DNA of 64,000 nucleotides from an uncultured Gemmatimonadales bacterium (GTDB taxonomy: Bacteria; Gemmatimonadota; Gemmatimonadetes; Palauibacterales; Palauibacteraceae): positions 160,001-224,000 of the forward strand of contig CAWANJ010000003.1 in NCBI GenBank assembly GCA_963783385.1, written 5' to 3'. The notes under the pieces were generated by a model. The model searched no databases and was not told where the DNA came from. It saw nothing but the letters and a program-made list of their open reading frames with translations. Position numbers and translations under genes: made by a program. Positions 1 to 9,347 of the stretch are shown piece by piece (positions within the stretch are counted from its first letter, which is position 1; each line of letters begins with the position of its first letter).

Positions 1-1148
1 TCGGGACCCGCCACCGGACCGGTCTCGCCCGCGTCGGCGTAGTGGCCGGAGAACATGTCAGCCGGCGCCGGACCGGCCTGCTCGGTCTCGTGGCTGCTCA
101 TCATGCCGGCAATGGTGCGCATGGGCGCCGTGACCGTGTTCCACAGGTCCTGCCGGTAGGTGGGGTCGCTGCGGTCGACGGGCGGCGCCTCCGCTCCAGA
201 CGCCGGAACGTACAGGCCCGCCACCAGGCCCATCCCCCCGAGCGGCGTGGCGTGGTCGAGCGGGTTGTCGTACGTGATCGTGACCCGGTAGACGTGGTCG
301 TGCCGGATCGGGAGCCCGCCCTCGAGCCAGAAGTTGGCGGTCGGGACGCCGTACACGCGTCCGTCCGGACCCGCGTACGGACGATCGCTCCACAGGAGGT
401 CGCCCGTGGTCACGTCCTCGAGCCGCACGCGGGTGGCGAAGTCGTGCATGTGCGTGCCCAGCCCGAGAATCCGGCCATCGACCGCCGGGCTGGCCTCCCA
501 GGAGTGCTCGGAGCGCCCGGGCGGCACCGCGAAGTCCTTCACCCCGAGCGGCCCCATGACGTCCATGTACACCGGATAGGCGGACAGCGGGCGGATGAGG
601 GGATCGTCCCGCGGCACGTACTCGAGCCGCACGTGCAGGTAGGCCCGGTCGAAGCTCTCCTTCGACGAGTTCGCGAACATGCTGGCCACCACGAAGCGCA
701 TGTCCGGGTGTGTGGGGATGCCGATCACCGGGGGCAGGGAGGCGGCCCCGGTCTCCCGTCCCGCCGCCATGATGCGTCGCGCGATGGGTGTGAACAGTTG
801 CCGGCGGTCGGGGTCGATGAGGTTCACGTGGTGCAGCAGCCGGTCGGGCAGGTGGGCTCCCGCCGAGTCGGTGATCTCCCAGGAGAAGCCGCGGATCCAG
901 CCCACGTCGGGCACGTCCACCACCTGTGTGGGCACGCGGTAGTGATGCATGCCGGCGGGCAGCCGCACGGGCCCGACCACGACCTCGAGGACGTGGCGGT
1001 CGGCATGGTCCACGGCGTGGATGTACAGGTGTCCGGCGTGCGGGATGGGAGGGCGGTCCTGGGCCGCGAGCGCCCCGCGGGCGCCCGGCGCTGGAGCCGT
1101 CGAGAACAAGACGAGGGCCAGGGCGGCGACGCGATGCCGGAACCTCAT
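1..1148 (-). CDS. Secreted protein, copper type II (PHM/DBH-like) monooxygenase-like; runs off the left edge
   Basis: Absent from the ORF track because there is no stop in the window. Manual translation from the ATG at 1148 (GGAGG RBS upstream) gives signal peptide MRFRHRVAALALVLFST, then motifs LLHHVNL, GTHMHDF and YDNPLDHATPLGGMG. The frame is open to base 1. Confidence 0.7.
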   Translation of the reverse strand, partial: MRFRHRVAALALVLFSTAPAPGARGALAAQDRPPIPHAGHLYIHAVDHADRHVLEVVVGPVRLPAGMHHYRVPTQVVDVPDVGWIRGFSWEITDSAGAHLPDRLLHHVNLIDPDRRQLFTPIARRIMAAGRETGAASLPPVIGIPTHPDMRFVVASMFANSSKESFDRAYLHVRLEYVPRDDPLIRPLSAYPVYMDVMGPLGVKDFAVPPGRSEHSWEASPAVDGRILGLGTHMHDFATRVRLEDVTTGDLLWSDRPYAGPDGRVYGVPTANFWLEGGLPIRHDHVYRVTITYDNPLDHATPLGGMGLVAGLYVPASGAEAPPVDRSDPTYRQDLWNTVTAPMRTIAGMMSSHETEQAGPAPADMFSGHYADAGETGPVAGP

Positions 1149-1289
1149 GGTCGGATCTCCTCCGGCAGGATCCGTGCGCGCCGGAGCTGGGGGTCGATGC
1201 GGAGGCTGCGGGTCATGATGGATCCCCTCGCCGGAAGGGCCGATGCGCGCCGGAGAGGCGCGTCCATCCGACGCCGGGACGAGCGGCCG

Positions 1290-1538
1290 TCAGGCCGGTG
1301 CTGGCACGTCGAAGTGCTTGTAATTCTTGGCGATGAAGTCCTTCCACTGCTCCGGGACCTCATCGTCGGGGTAGATGGCCTCGACGGGGCACTCGGGCAC
1401 GCACGCTCCGCAGTCGATGCACTCCTCGGGGTGGATGTAGTACTGGTCCACCCCCTCGTAGATGCAGTCGACGGGGCAGACGTCCACGCACGAGGCGTCC
1501 TTGAGGCCGATGCAGGGCTGGGTGATGATGTACGTCAT
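1290..1538 (-). CDS. fdxA: Dicluster (7Fe-type, FdxA-like) ferredoxin
   Basis: MTYIITQPC-x7[10 protein letters not shown]...[12 protein letters not shown] is the Cys pattern of 7Fe ferredoxins. Confidence 0.92.
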   Translation of the reverse strand: MTYIITQPCIGLKDASCVDVCPVDCIYEGVDQYYIHPEECIDCGACVPECPVEAIYPDDEVPEQWKDFIAKNYKHFDVPAPA

Positions 1539-1867
1539 CGTCGTCCGTAGTCGTCAATGTGGGAGCCGGGGAGGGCGGACGATCCGGCCGCCCCGCGTCC
1601 CTGAAGTTCCGTCCGGACAATAAGACGCCGTGCGGGTCCCTGCAATCCGTCACGCTTCCCGCGAGCGACGCCAACGGCGAGGGACGCGCCAGCGGGCGGG
1701 CCGGGGGTCGCGCCGGTGCGATAGTTGCTCCAACGGGTGGCGCGCGCGGGGACGAATCGGTGGACGGGGGCGAAGACTCCGGGTATGTTTCCGGGCTCGG
1801 CGAACGGCCGATCCGCGCTCGCGAAACGACGAATTCGCGGCCGGTACGACACTGCAGACGGTACGAC

Positions 1868-2872
1868 ATGCGACGACTCACGGTACTGGATACGACGAAC
1901 GGCTCGCCGGCTGGCTCCGGCCGCTCCGGTGGCCATGCTCGAGGCGGCCCGAGCGTCCCGGAGGGGACCGGCCCGGCCCCCTCTCCGGATGAATGGCCGC
2001 GCCGCAAGCCCGACTGGATGCGGGTCCGGGCTCCGGGCGGCACCCATTACCGCCACCTCAAGGACATGATGCGCGGCATGGGCCTGCACTCGGTGTGCGA
2101 GGAGGCCCACTGTCCCAACATCGGCGAGTGCTGGGAGCAGGGAACCGCCACCTTCCTCATCCTCGGGGACGTGTGCACGCGCAACTGCCCGTACTGCGCG
2201 ATCGGACACGGCCGACCGGAGGAGCTGGACGAGGATGAGCCCCGGAGGGTGGCCGAGGCGGTGGAAGCCATGGACCTCCGCCACGTGGTGATCACCTCCG
2301 TGGACCGGGACGACCTGCCCAATGGCGGGGCGCGCATCTTCGCCGAGCTCATCCAGGAGATCCACAACCGCCTGCCCGGCTGCTCGGTCGAGGTGCTCAC
2401 GCCCGATTTCCGCGGCGACCCGGAGGCCATCCGGACCGTCATCGAGGCGAAGCCGGCCATCTTCAACCACAACATGGAGACGGTGCGCCGCCTCCACAGG
2501 ATGGCCCGGCCCGGCGGCCGGTACGAGCGGTCCCTCGGAGTGCTGTCGACGGCCCGGAGCCTGGACGACGACGTTCTCATCAAGACGGGCATCATGCTGG
2601 GGCTGGGCGAGCGCGAGGACGACATCGACGCGTTCATGGACGACGCGCTCGAGGCCGGCGTCCAGATCCTCACGCTGGGGCAGTACCTGCGGCCCTCGGA
2701 GGACCACATTCCGATCGACCGGTACGTCACGCCCGACGAATTCGATGCCTGGAAGCGGATCGGGGAGGAGAAGGGCTTCCTGCACGTGGAGAGCGGGCCA
2801 CTGGTGCGCTCCAGCTACCACGCACGCGAGCAGGTGGAGGATCTCCGGCTCAGGGCGACAGCGGCCGGCTGA
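1868..2872 (+). CDS. lipA: Lipoyl synthase
   Basis: CEEAHCPNIGECW auxiliary cluster motif, CTRNCPYC radical-SAM motif and C-terminal RSSY. Start placed at the ATG at 1868. Confidence 0.97.
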   Translation: MRRLTVLDTTNGSPAGSGRSGGHARGGPSVPEGTGPAPSPDEWPRRKPDWMRVRAPGGTHYRHLKDMMRGMGLHSVCEEAHCPNIGECWEQGTATFLILGDVCTRNCPYCAIGHGRPEELDEDEPRRVAEAVEAMDLRHVVITSVDRDDLPNGGARIFAELIQEIHNRLPGCSVEVLTPDFRGDPEAIRTVIEAKPAIFNHNMETVRRLHRMARPGGRYERSLGVLSTARSLDDDVLIKTGIMLGLGEREDDIDAFMDDALEAGVQILTLGQYLRPSEDHIPIDRYVTPDEFDAWKRIGEEKGFLHVESGPLVRSSYHAREQVEDLRLRATAAG

Positions 2873-2932
2873 GGACGAGGGCACGCGGCCGGCGGCGTTC
2901 GGCGGCGCGCTCCACGCGAAGCGAGAGGCGCG

Positions 2933-4000
2933 ATGGCGACGAAGAGCGAGACGAAGTCCGAGACCAGGAGCGACGAGGGGGAGGTAGATCTCCTCGGGCT
3001 GGACGAGGACGAGCTGCGGCGTATGCTCCGCCTCATGATGCTGGGCCGTCGCTTCGAGGAGAAGGCGGCCGAGGCCTATCAGACCGGCAAGATCGGTGGC
3101 TTCTGCCACCTGTACATGGGCCAGGAGGCGGTGGCCGCGGGCTGCATCACCCCCCTGCGCGACGACGACTACGTCATCACGGCCTACCGGGACCACGTCC
3201 AGGCCATCGTTCGCGGCGTGGACCCGAAGGCGGTCATGGCCGAGCTGTACGGCCGCGTGGACGGCTGCTCGGGCGGCATGGGCGGTTCGATGCACATGTT
3301 CGACCGAAGCCTCAACTTCATGGGCGGTCACGCGATCGTCGGTACGCACGTCCCGATCGCGGCCGGGGTGGGCTACGCGATCCGCTACCGGGAGGAGGAT
3401 GCGGTCTGCCTGTGCCTGTTCGGCGACTCGGTCGTCAACGGCGGGCCGTTCCACGAGGCGTTCAACATGGCGGCCAAGTTCGAGCTTCCGGTCGTATTCG
3501 TGTGCGAGAACAACTCCTATGGGATGGGCACCGACATTCACCGCGTGGCCGCGGTGGAGGAACTGGCGGACCGGGCCTGCGCGTACGAGAACATGGCCTC
3601 CGCCTCGGTGAACGGCATGGACGTGCTGGCCACGCGCCGAGCCGTCCAGGAGGCCGTCGACCGGGCGCGGGAGCGGCACCTGCCCAGCTTCATCGAAGCG
3701 CACTGCTACCGCTACATGGGCCACTCGATGGCCGACCCCTCGCACGGCACCTACCGGACCAAGGAGGAGGTCGAGCAGCACCGCCAGGACGACCCCATCC
3801 TCACGTACCGCAAGCGGCTCATCGGGGCCGGGGTCATCACGGAGGAGGACTACGACGCCATGGACCGGGAGGCGATCGACCGGGTGGAGAAGGCCGCCGA
3901 GTTCGCCGAGCAGAGCGAGCGGCCCGACTTCGCGTCGATCTACGAGCACGTGTACGCCGGCGACTTCCGCGGCATCGACCGGAGGGACGCATGGCGGTGA
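2933..4000 (+). CDS. pdhA: Pyruvate dehydrogenase E1 alpha subunit
   Basis: KIGGFCHLYMGQEA, GGSMHMF, TPP motif GDS...CENN and YRYMGHSMADP. Confidence 0.95.
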   Translation: MATKSETKSETRSDEGEVDLLGLDEDELRRMLRLMMLGRRFEEKAAEAYQTGKIGGFCHLYMGQEAVAAGCITPLRDDDYVITAYRDHVQAIVRGVDPKAVMAELYGRVDGCSGGMGGSMHMFDRSLNFMGGHAIVGTHVPIAAGVGYAIRYREEDAVCLCLFGDSVVNGGPFHEAFNMAAKFELPVVFVCENNSYGMGTDIHRVAAVEELADRACAYENMASASVNGMDVLATRRAVQEAVDRARERHLPSFIEAHCYRYMGHSMADPSHGTYRTKEEVEQHRQDDPILTYRKRLIGAGVITEEDYDAMDREAIDRVEKAAEFAEQSERPDFASIYEHVYAGDFRGIDRRDAWR

Positions 4001-4986
4001 TCACCTACCGTGAAGCGCTCAACCAGGCGCTACGCGAGGAGATGGAGCGCGACGCGTCCGTCTTCCTGATGGGTGAGGAGGTCGGGGAGTACAATGGGGC
4101 GTACAAGGTCTCCAAGGGGCTTCTCGACCACTTCGGCGGCAACGAGTGGCGAGTGCGCGACACGCCGATCGCGGAGAACGGCTTCGCGGCGATGGGCGTG
4201 GGGGCGGCCATGGCGGGGCTGCGTCCCGTCGTGGAGTTCATGACCTTCAACTTCTCCCTCCTCGCCTTCGACGCGGTCGTGGACTCGGCGGCCAAGATGT
4301 ACCAGATGTCGGGCGGCCAGTACAACGTGCCCATCGTGTTCCGCGGACCGGGCGGGGCGGCCCTCCAGCTGGCGGCCCAGCACTCCCAGGTCCCCGACGC
4401 GTGGTACAGCCACGTGCCGGGTCTCAAGGTGGTGGCCCCGGCCACGCCCAGAGACGCCAAGGGCCTCCTCAAGAGCGCCATCCGGGACGACGACCCTGTC
4501 CTCGTAATCGAGGGCGAGCTGCTCTACAACATGAAGGGCGAGGTCCCGGACGGAGAGTACCTGGTTCCGATCGGGGAGGCCGAAGTGAAGCGCCAGGGCT
4601 CCGACCTCACGATCGTGGCCCACTCGAAGATGGTCCACCAGGCGCTCCAGGCCGCCGACGCCCTGAAGGAGAAGCACGACCTCGACGCCGAGGTCGTCGA
4701 CCTCAGGTCCCTGCGTCCGCTCGACATCGAGACGGTGGTCGAGTCGGTGAAGAAGACCAACCGGGTCGTCGTCGTCGAGGAGGGCTGGCCGCAGGGCGGC
4801 ATCGGCGCCCAGGTGGCCGACGACGTGCAGCGCGAGGCGTTCGACTGGCTGGACGCGCCCGTGGCGCGTGTGTCCGGGCTCGACGTCCCCATGCCCTACG
4901 CCCGCAACCTGGAGAAGCAGGTCTTCCCGGACTCGAAGCACGTGGTCCGGGCGGCCGAGCACGTGTGCTACCTGGACGGGAACTGA
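3991..4986 (+). CDS. pdhB: Pyruvate dehydrogenase E1 beta subunit
   Basis: MAVITYREALNQAL, DTPIAENGF, EFMTFNFS and AQHSQ. Overlaps the pdhA stop. Confidence 0.95.
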   Translation: MAVITYREALNQALREEMERDASVFLMGEEVGEYNGAYKVSKGLLDHFGGNEWRVRDTPIAENGFAAMGVGAAMAGLRPVVEFMTFNFSLLAFDAVVDSAAKMYQMSGGQYNVPIVFRGPGGAALQLAAQHSQVPDAWYSHVPGLKVVAPATPRDAKGLLKSAIRDDDPVLVIEGELLYNMKGEVPDGEYLVPIGEAEVKRQGSDLTIVAHSKMVHQALQAADALKEKHDLDAEVVDLRSLRPLDIETVVESVKKTNRVVVVEEGWPQGGIGAQVADDVQREAFDWLDAPVARVSGLDVPMPYARNLEKQVFPDSKHVVRAAEHVCYLDGN

Positions 4987-4989
4987 CCG

Positions 4990-6327
4990 ATGGCGACCAA
5001 GGTCGTGATGGCCCAGCTCAGCCCCACGATGGAGGAGGGCCGGCTGGTGGAGTGGAAGGTGTCCGAGGGCGATGAGGTCGAGCAGGGCGACGTGGTCGCC
5101 GAGATCGAGACCGACAAGGCGAACATGGACGTCGAGGCGCTCGGCAGCGGCGTCCTGCGGACGATCGTGGTCCAGGAAGGCGAGACGGTTCCCGTCGGAG
5201 CCCTGATCGGCGTCATCGCCGCGGAGGACGAGGACATCGAGGATCTCCTCCAGGATGCGAAGGCCGAAGCGGCGGCCGCCGGGGAGGAAGGCGAGGAAGA
5301 GGCGGAAGAGGAAGCGGGCCGCGAGGGTGCGGTCGCCGAAGAGGAGCGCGCCGAGGAAGCGGTCCGTGAGCCGGCCCGCGCCGGCGCGGCGGCGGGCGGA
5401 GCGAGCGGAGCGGCCGGGGCCGCCGTCCCGACCGGCGGCGGCCGGCGCGACGGAGGGCGGCTGCGGGCCTCGCCGGTGGCCCGGCGCATGGCCGAGGACG
5501 AGGGGCTCGACCTGTCGCGGATCGAGGGCTCGGGTCCCGGCGGCCGCATCGTGAAGGCCGACGTCGAGGAAGCGCTCGAGAGCGGCGCGGCGATGCGGGG
5601 CGGCCGCGCGGCGGGCACCCCGGCCCGGCTCTCCGAGGAGACGGTCCAGCTCAGCCAGATGCGCAAGGCCATCGCGCGACGCCTGACCCAGTCGCTCGGG
5701 CCGGTGCCCCACTTCTTCCTGACCACCGAGATCGACATGGGCCGGGCCCTGGAGCTGCGGGCCGAGCTCAACGAGCAGATCGGTGGCGGGGAGGCGGACG
5801 CCCCGAAGGTCGGTGTCAACGACCTCCTGCTCAAGGCGGCGGCCGAGGCGCTGGTCCGCCATCCGGAGATCAACGCGAGCTGGGGCGAGGGCGAGATCCG
5901 CCGCCACGGCCGCGTGGACCTCGGGATCGCCGTGGCGCTCGACGACGGGCTCATCACGCCGGTTCTCCGGGACGCGGACCGCAAGGGCCTGGTCCGCATA
6001 GCCTCCGAGGCCACCGAGCTCATCGACCGGGCCCGCCGCCGGAAGCTCGACCCGGACGAATACCAGGGAGCGACCTTCAGCATCAGCAACCTGGGCATGT
6101 TCCCGATCGAGGAGTTCACGGCGATCATCAACCCGCCCGAGGCGGCCATCCTCGCGGTCGGCCGCACGGCCGAGAGGGCGGTCGTCGTGGACGGGGAGAT
6201 CGTGGTGCGCCGCCGCATGCGCGTCACCATGTCGTGCGACCACCGGGTCATCGACGGGGCCACGGGGGCCCGTTTTCTGGAGACGTTCAAGGGCATGCTC
6301 GAGAACCCACTGGCAATGTTGGCATGA
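4990..6327 (+). CDS. pdhC: Dihydrolipoamide acetyltransferase (E2), single lipoyl domain
   Basis: Lipoyl domain ETDKA, E3-binding ASPVARR...GSGPGGRI and catalytic DHRVIDG. Confidence 0.95.
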   Translation: MATKVVMAQLSPTMEEGRLVEWKVSEGDEVEQGDVVAEIETDKANMDVEALGSGVLRTIVVQEGETVPVGALIGVIAAEDEDIEDLLQDAKAEAAAAGEEGEEEAEEEAGREGAVAEEERAEEAVREPARAGAAAGGASGAAGAAVPTGGGRRDGGRLRASPVARRMAEDEGLDLSRIEGSGPGGRIVKADVEEALESGAAMRGGRAAGTPARLSEETVQLSQMRKAIARRLTQSLGPVPHFFLTTEIDMGRALELRAELNEQIGGGEADAPKVGVNDLLLKAAAEALVRHPEINASWGEGEIRRHGRVDLGIAVALDDGLITPVLRDADRKGLVRIASEATELIDRARRRKLDPDEYQGATFSISNLGMFPIEEFTAIINPPEAAILAVGRTAERAVVVDGEIVVRRRMRVTMSCDHRVIDGATGARFLETFKGMLENPLAMLA

Positions 6328-6339
6328 GGCGAGGCATAC

Positions 6340-7752
6340 ATGGCTGATTCGTTCGACGTCGTCGTGATCGGGGCCGGGCCGGCCGGCTACGTGTGCGCCA
6401 TCCGGGCCGCGCAGCTCGGACTCAAAACGGCGTGCGTGGAGTCGAAGAGCTACGAGGGCGGGCTCGGGGGGACGTGCCTCAACTGGGGCTGCATCCCGGC
6501 CAAGGCCCTTCTCGAGAGCGCGGCCCTGGCCCACAAGCTCCAGAGCCAGGGAGCGGCGTTCGGCGTGAAGCCCATCCAGGTCGAATACGACATGGGCGCG
6601 GCGGTCGAGCGCAGCCGGACCATTAGCGAGAAGCTCGTCGGCGGGATCTCGTACCTGTTCAAGAAGAACGACATCGAGTCCGTGATCGGACGCGGCCGCA
6701 TCGCGGGGAAGGGCAAGGTCCACGTCGAAGTCGAGGACGGCGAGGACCGGGAGCTGGAGGCGAAGCACATCGTGATCGCCACCGGGTCGGTCATGAAGAC
6801 GTTTCCCGGCTTCGAGTTCGACCGGGAGAAGGTGATCGGCAGCCGCGAGGCCCTGGCCCTCTCCGAGCTGCCCTCGAAGATGGTGGTCGTGGGCGGCGGC
6901 TACGTCGGGGTCGAGTTCGCGGACGTGTTCGACGCGTTTGGGGTCGAGGTGACGCTGGTCGAGGCGCTGGACACGCTGCTGCCCGGCTTCGACCAGGAGC
7001 TCGGCAAGACGCTGGCCCGCTCCTACAAGAAGCGGGGCATCGACGTCCGCACGGGGACGAAGGTGAAGTCGCTGGACCGGGACGCCGATCCGATGGTGCT
7101 CACGATCGAGACGAAGAAGGGCGAGGAGACGATCGAGACCGGCCTCGTGCTGATGGCCGTCGGCCGCCGGCCCGTGCTGGAGGACATCGGCCTGGAGGCG
7201 GTCGGGGTCGAGACGACCGACGACGGTTTCATCCGGGTCGACGAGATGCTGCGCACCAGCGTGGAGGGCATCTACGCGATCGGCGACGTGGCGGGTCAGC
7301 CGATGCTGGCCCACAAGGGCTCGCACGAGGGGATCATCGTCGCCGAGCACATCGCCGGTCAGAGCCCGCACCCGCTGCGCCACGACAACATCCCGAGCAT
7401 CGGCTACTGCCACCCCGAGGTGGCCAGCATCGGACTCAGCGAGGAGCAGGCGGCCGAGAAGGGCTTCGACGTCAAGGTGGGCAAGTTCCCCCTCTCGGCC
7501 CACGGCCGGGCACTCACCGCCGGCGACAACGAGGGCTTCGTGAAGATGGTGATCGACACGAAGTACGGGGAGGTCCTCGGCGTCCACATGATCGGCCACA
7601 ACGTGAGCGAGCTGGCGGCGGAGGTGGGGATCGGGCGCATGCTCGAGGCCACGGCCGAGGAGTTCGCGGCGCATCCGCACGGGCATCCGACCATGTCGGA
7701 GGCCGTGATGGAGGCGGCCCTCGCGGCCATGGACCGCTCCATCCACATTTAG
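6340..7752 (+). CDS. lpdA: Dihydrolipoyl dehydrogenase (E3)
   Basis: GAGPAG FAD motif, GGTCLNWGCIP disulfide and HPTMSE. Confidence 0.97.
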   Translation: MADSFDVVVIGAGPAGYVCAIRAAQLGLKTACVESKSYEGGLGGTCLNWGCIPAKALLESAALAHKLQSQGAAFGVKPIQVEYDMGAAVERSRTISEKLVGGISYLFKKNDIESVIGRGRIAGKGKVHVEVEDGEDRELEAKHIVIATGSVMKTFPGFEFDREKVIGSREALALSELPSKMVVVGGGYVGVEFADVFDAFGVEVTLVEALDTLLPGFDQELGKTLARSYKKRGIDVRTGTKVKSLDRDADPMVLTIETKKGEETIETGLVLMAVGRRPVLEDIGLEAVGVETTDDGFIRVDEMLRTSVEGIYAIGDVAGQPMLAHKGSHEGIIVAEHIAGQSPHPLRHDNIPSIGYCHPEVASIGLSEEQAAEKGFDVKVGKFPLSAHGRALTAGDNEGFVKMVIDTKYGEVLGVHMIGHNVSELAAEVGIGRMLEATAEEFAAHPHGHPTMSEAVMEAALAAMDRSIHI

Positions 7753-7769
7753 CGTCGCCGGGAGACTCC

Positions 7770-8660
7770 GTGGCCTCTCTCGCTGAAATCGTCCAGGTGC
7801 GCGTGCCGGGCCGGGTCCCGTACCGGCGGGGGCTCGAGCTGCAGCGGGCGCTGGGGCGGGCCCGCATCGAAGGCCGTCTCGAGGAGGACCTGCTTCTCCT
7901 GGTGGAGCACGAGCCCGTGGTCACCCTGGGCCGCGGAACCGAGGCCGGCCACCTCCTCGCCGGCCCCGAGGGGCTGGCGGCCCGCGGGGTCGAGCTGGTC
8001 GAGATCGAGCGCGGGGGCGACGTCACCTATCACGGGCCCGGCCAGATCGTCGGCTATCCCATCCTGGACCTCCGCCGCTACCGGAGGGACCTGCACTGGT
8101 ACCTGCGGTCCGTGGAGGAGGCGCTCATTCGGGCCCTGGCCCGGCTGTCGCTTCCGGCCTTCCGGGTGGCGGGCCACACCGGGGTTTGGGTGGGCGAGGA
8201 AGGGGCGATCCTCGCCGGGGAGCCGGGCTCCGACGGGGTCGATCGAGGTGCCACGGCTCCCGTCGAGGACGCCATCACCCGGGCGATCCTGGCCGGGAGC
8301 GTGCGCAAGATCGCCTCGATCGGGGTCCACGTCAGCCGCTGGGTCACCTGGCACGGCTTCGCGCTCAACGTGACCGACGAGCCGATGGAGAACTTCCGGC
8401 TCATCGTGCCGTGCGGGATCGACGGTGTGCGCATGACCAGCCTGGCCGCCGAGGGCGTCGGCGTGGGCGCCGGCCGGCTGGGGGAGGCGCTGGCCGCCGG
8501 CTTCTCGGCCGCTTTCGGGGTCCGAGTGCGGCGGGAGACCTCCACGCTGGAGACGCTACGCGCGCGAGCCGGGTCGATGGCGTCGGCCGCGGGACGGGAC
8601 GCCGGCGGACGCGATCGGTCCGCCGAGCATCGCCGCGTCGCCAGAGGAGGAGCCCCGTGA
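7770..8660 (+). CDS. lipB: Octanoyltransferase LipB
   Basis: EHEPVVTLG, RGGDVTYHGPGQ, KIASIG, HGFALNV and IVPCGI. Confidence 0.95.
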   Translation: MASLAEIVQVRVPGRVPYRRGLELQRALGRARIEGRLEEDLLLLVEHEPVVTLGRGTEAGHLLAGPEGLAARGVELVEIERGGDVTYHGPGQIVGYPILDLRRYRRDLHWYLRSVEEALIRALARLSLPAFRVAGHTGVWVGEEGAILAGEPGSDGVDRGATAPVEDAITRAILAGSVRKIASIGVHVSRWVTWHGFALNVTDEPMENFRLIVPCGIDGVRMTSLAAEGVGVGAGRLGEALAAGFSAAFGVRVRRETSTLETLRARAGSMASAAGRDAGGRDRSAEHRRVARGGAP

Positions 8661-9322
8661 CCGGACTGTTCGACATCCTGGGTCCCACCATGGTGGGACC
8701 CTCCAGCTCGCACACCGCCGGTGCCTGCCGGTTGGGTTACGTGGTCCAGGCGATCGTGGGCGGCACCCCGGAGCGGGCCCGGATCGGCCTGCACGGCTCC
8801 TTCGCGATGACTGGCGAGGGACACGGGACCAAGAAGGCCATCATCGGGGGCCTGCTAGGCTACCTGCCCGACGACGAGCGCCTGCGGACGAGCCTCGAAG
8901 ACGCCGACACGCACGGGATGGACTACGCTTTCGAGAACATCGACCTGGGCGAGGGGGCGCATCCCAATTCGGCGCGCTTCGACGTGAGGCTGGGCGACGA
9001 GAGGGCGGAGATCCTGGGCGCTTCGATCGGGGGCGGCCAGATCCGCATCTTCGAGATCGACGGATTCGACGTCGACCTCACGGGCTCCCTTCCCACCCTG
9101 GTGGTCAACGCCGACGACGTGCCGGGCACGATCGCGACCCTCACGCGCATGTTGACGGACGGGGGCGTCAACCTGGCGACCATGCGGGTGGACCGTACCG
9201 GGCGGGGGGAGCAGGCGCTCATGACGATCGAGGCGGACGCCGAGATTCCCGAAAAGCTCATCGACGCGATGCGGAGCCAGGACTGGGTCCACTGGATCCG
9301 CTACGTGCGCGGGCTCGTCTAG
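8657..9322 (+). CDS. sdaAB: L-serine dehydratase, Fe-S dependent, beta subunit (with ACT domain)
   Basis: FDILGPTMVGPSSSHTAGA, GSFAMTGEGHGT, HPN and SIGGG. GTG start overlaps the lipB stop. Confidence 0.93.
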   Translation: MTGLFDILGPTMVGPSSSHTAGACRLGYVVQAIVGGTPERARIGLHGSFAMTGEGHGTKKAIIGGLLGYLPDDERLRTSLEDADTHGMDYAFENIDLGEGAHPNSARFDVRLGDERAEILGASIGGGQIRIFEIDGFDVDLTGSLPTLVVNADDVPGTIATLTRMLTDGGVNLATMRVDRTGRGEQALMTIEADAEIPEKLIDAMRSQDWVHWIRYVRGLV

Positions 9323-9347
9323 GGACGGACGACAGCCGGGAGGAACC

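Noticed and set aside
4030-7746. 1238-aa minus-strand ORF and many other long antisense or alternate-frame ORFs (e.g. 42-1550, 1535-3949, 16814-19150, 49562-52447)
   Set aside because: Shadow ORFs of high-GC coding genes. They have Arg/Gly/Pro-rich or antisense-type composition, show no motifs and overlap clearly identified genes.
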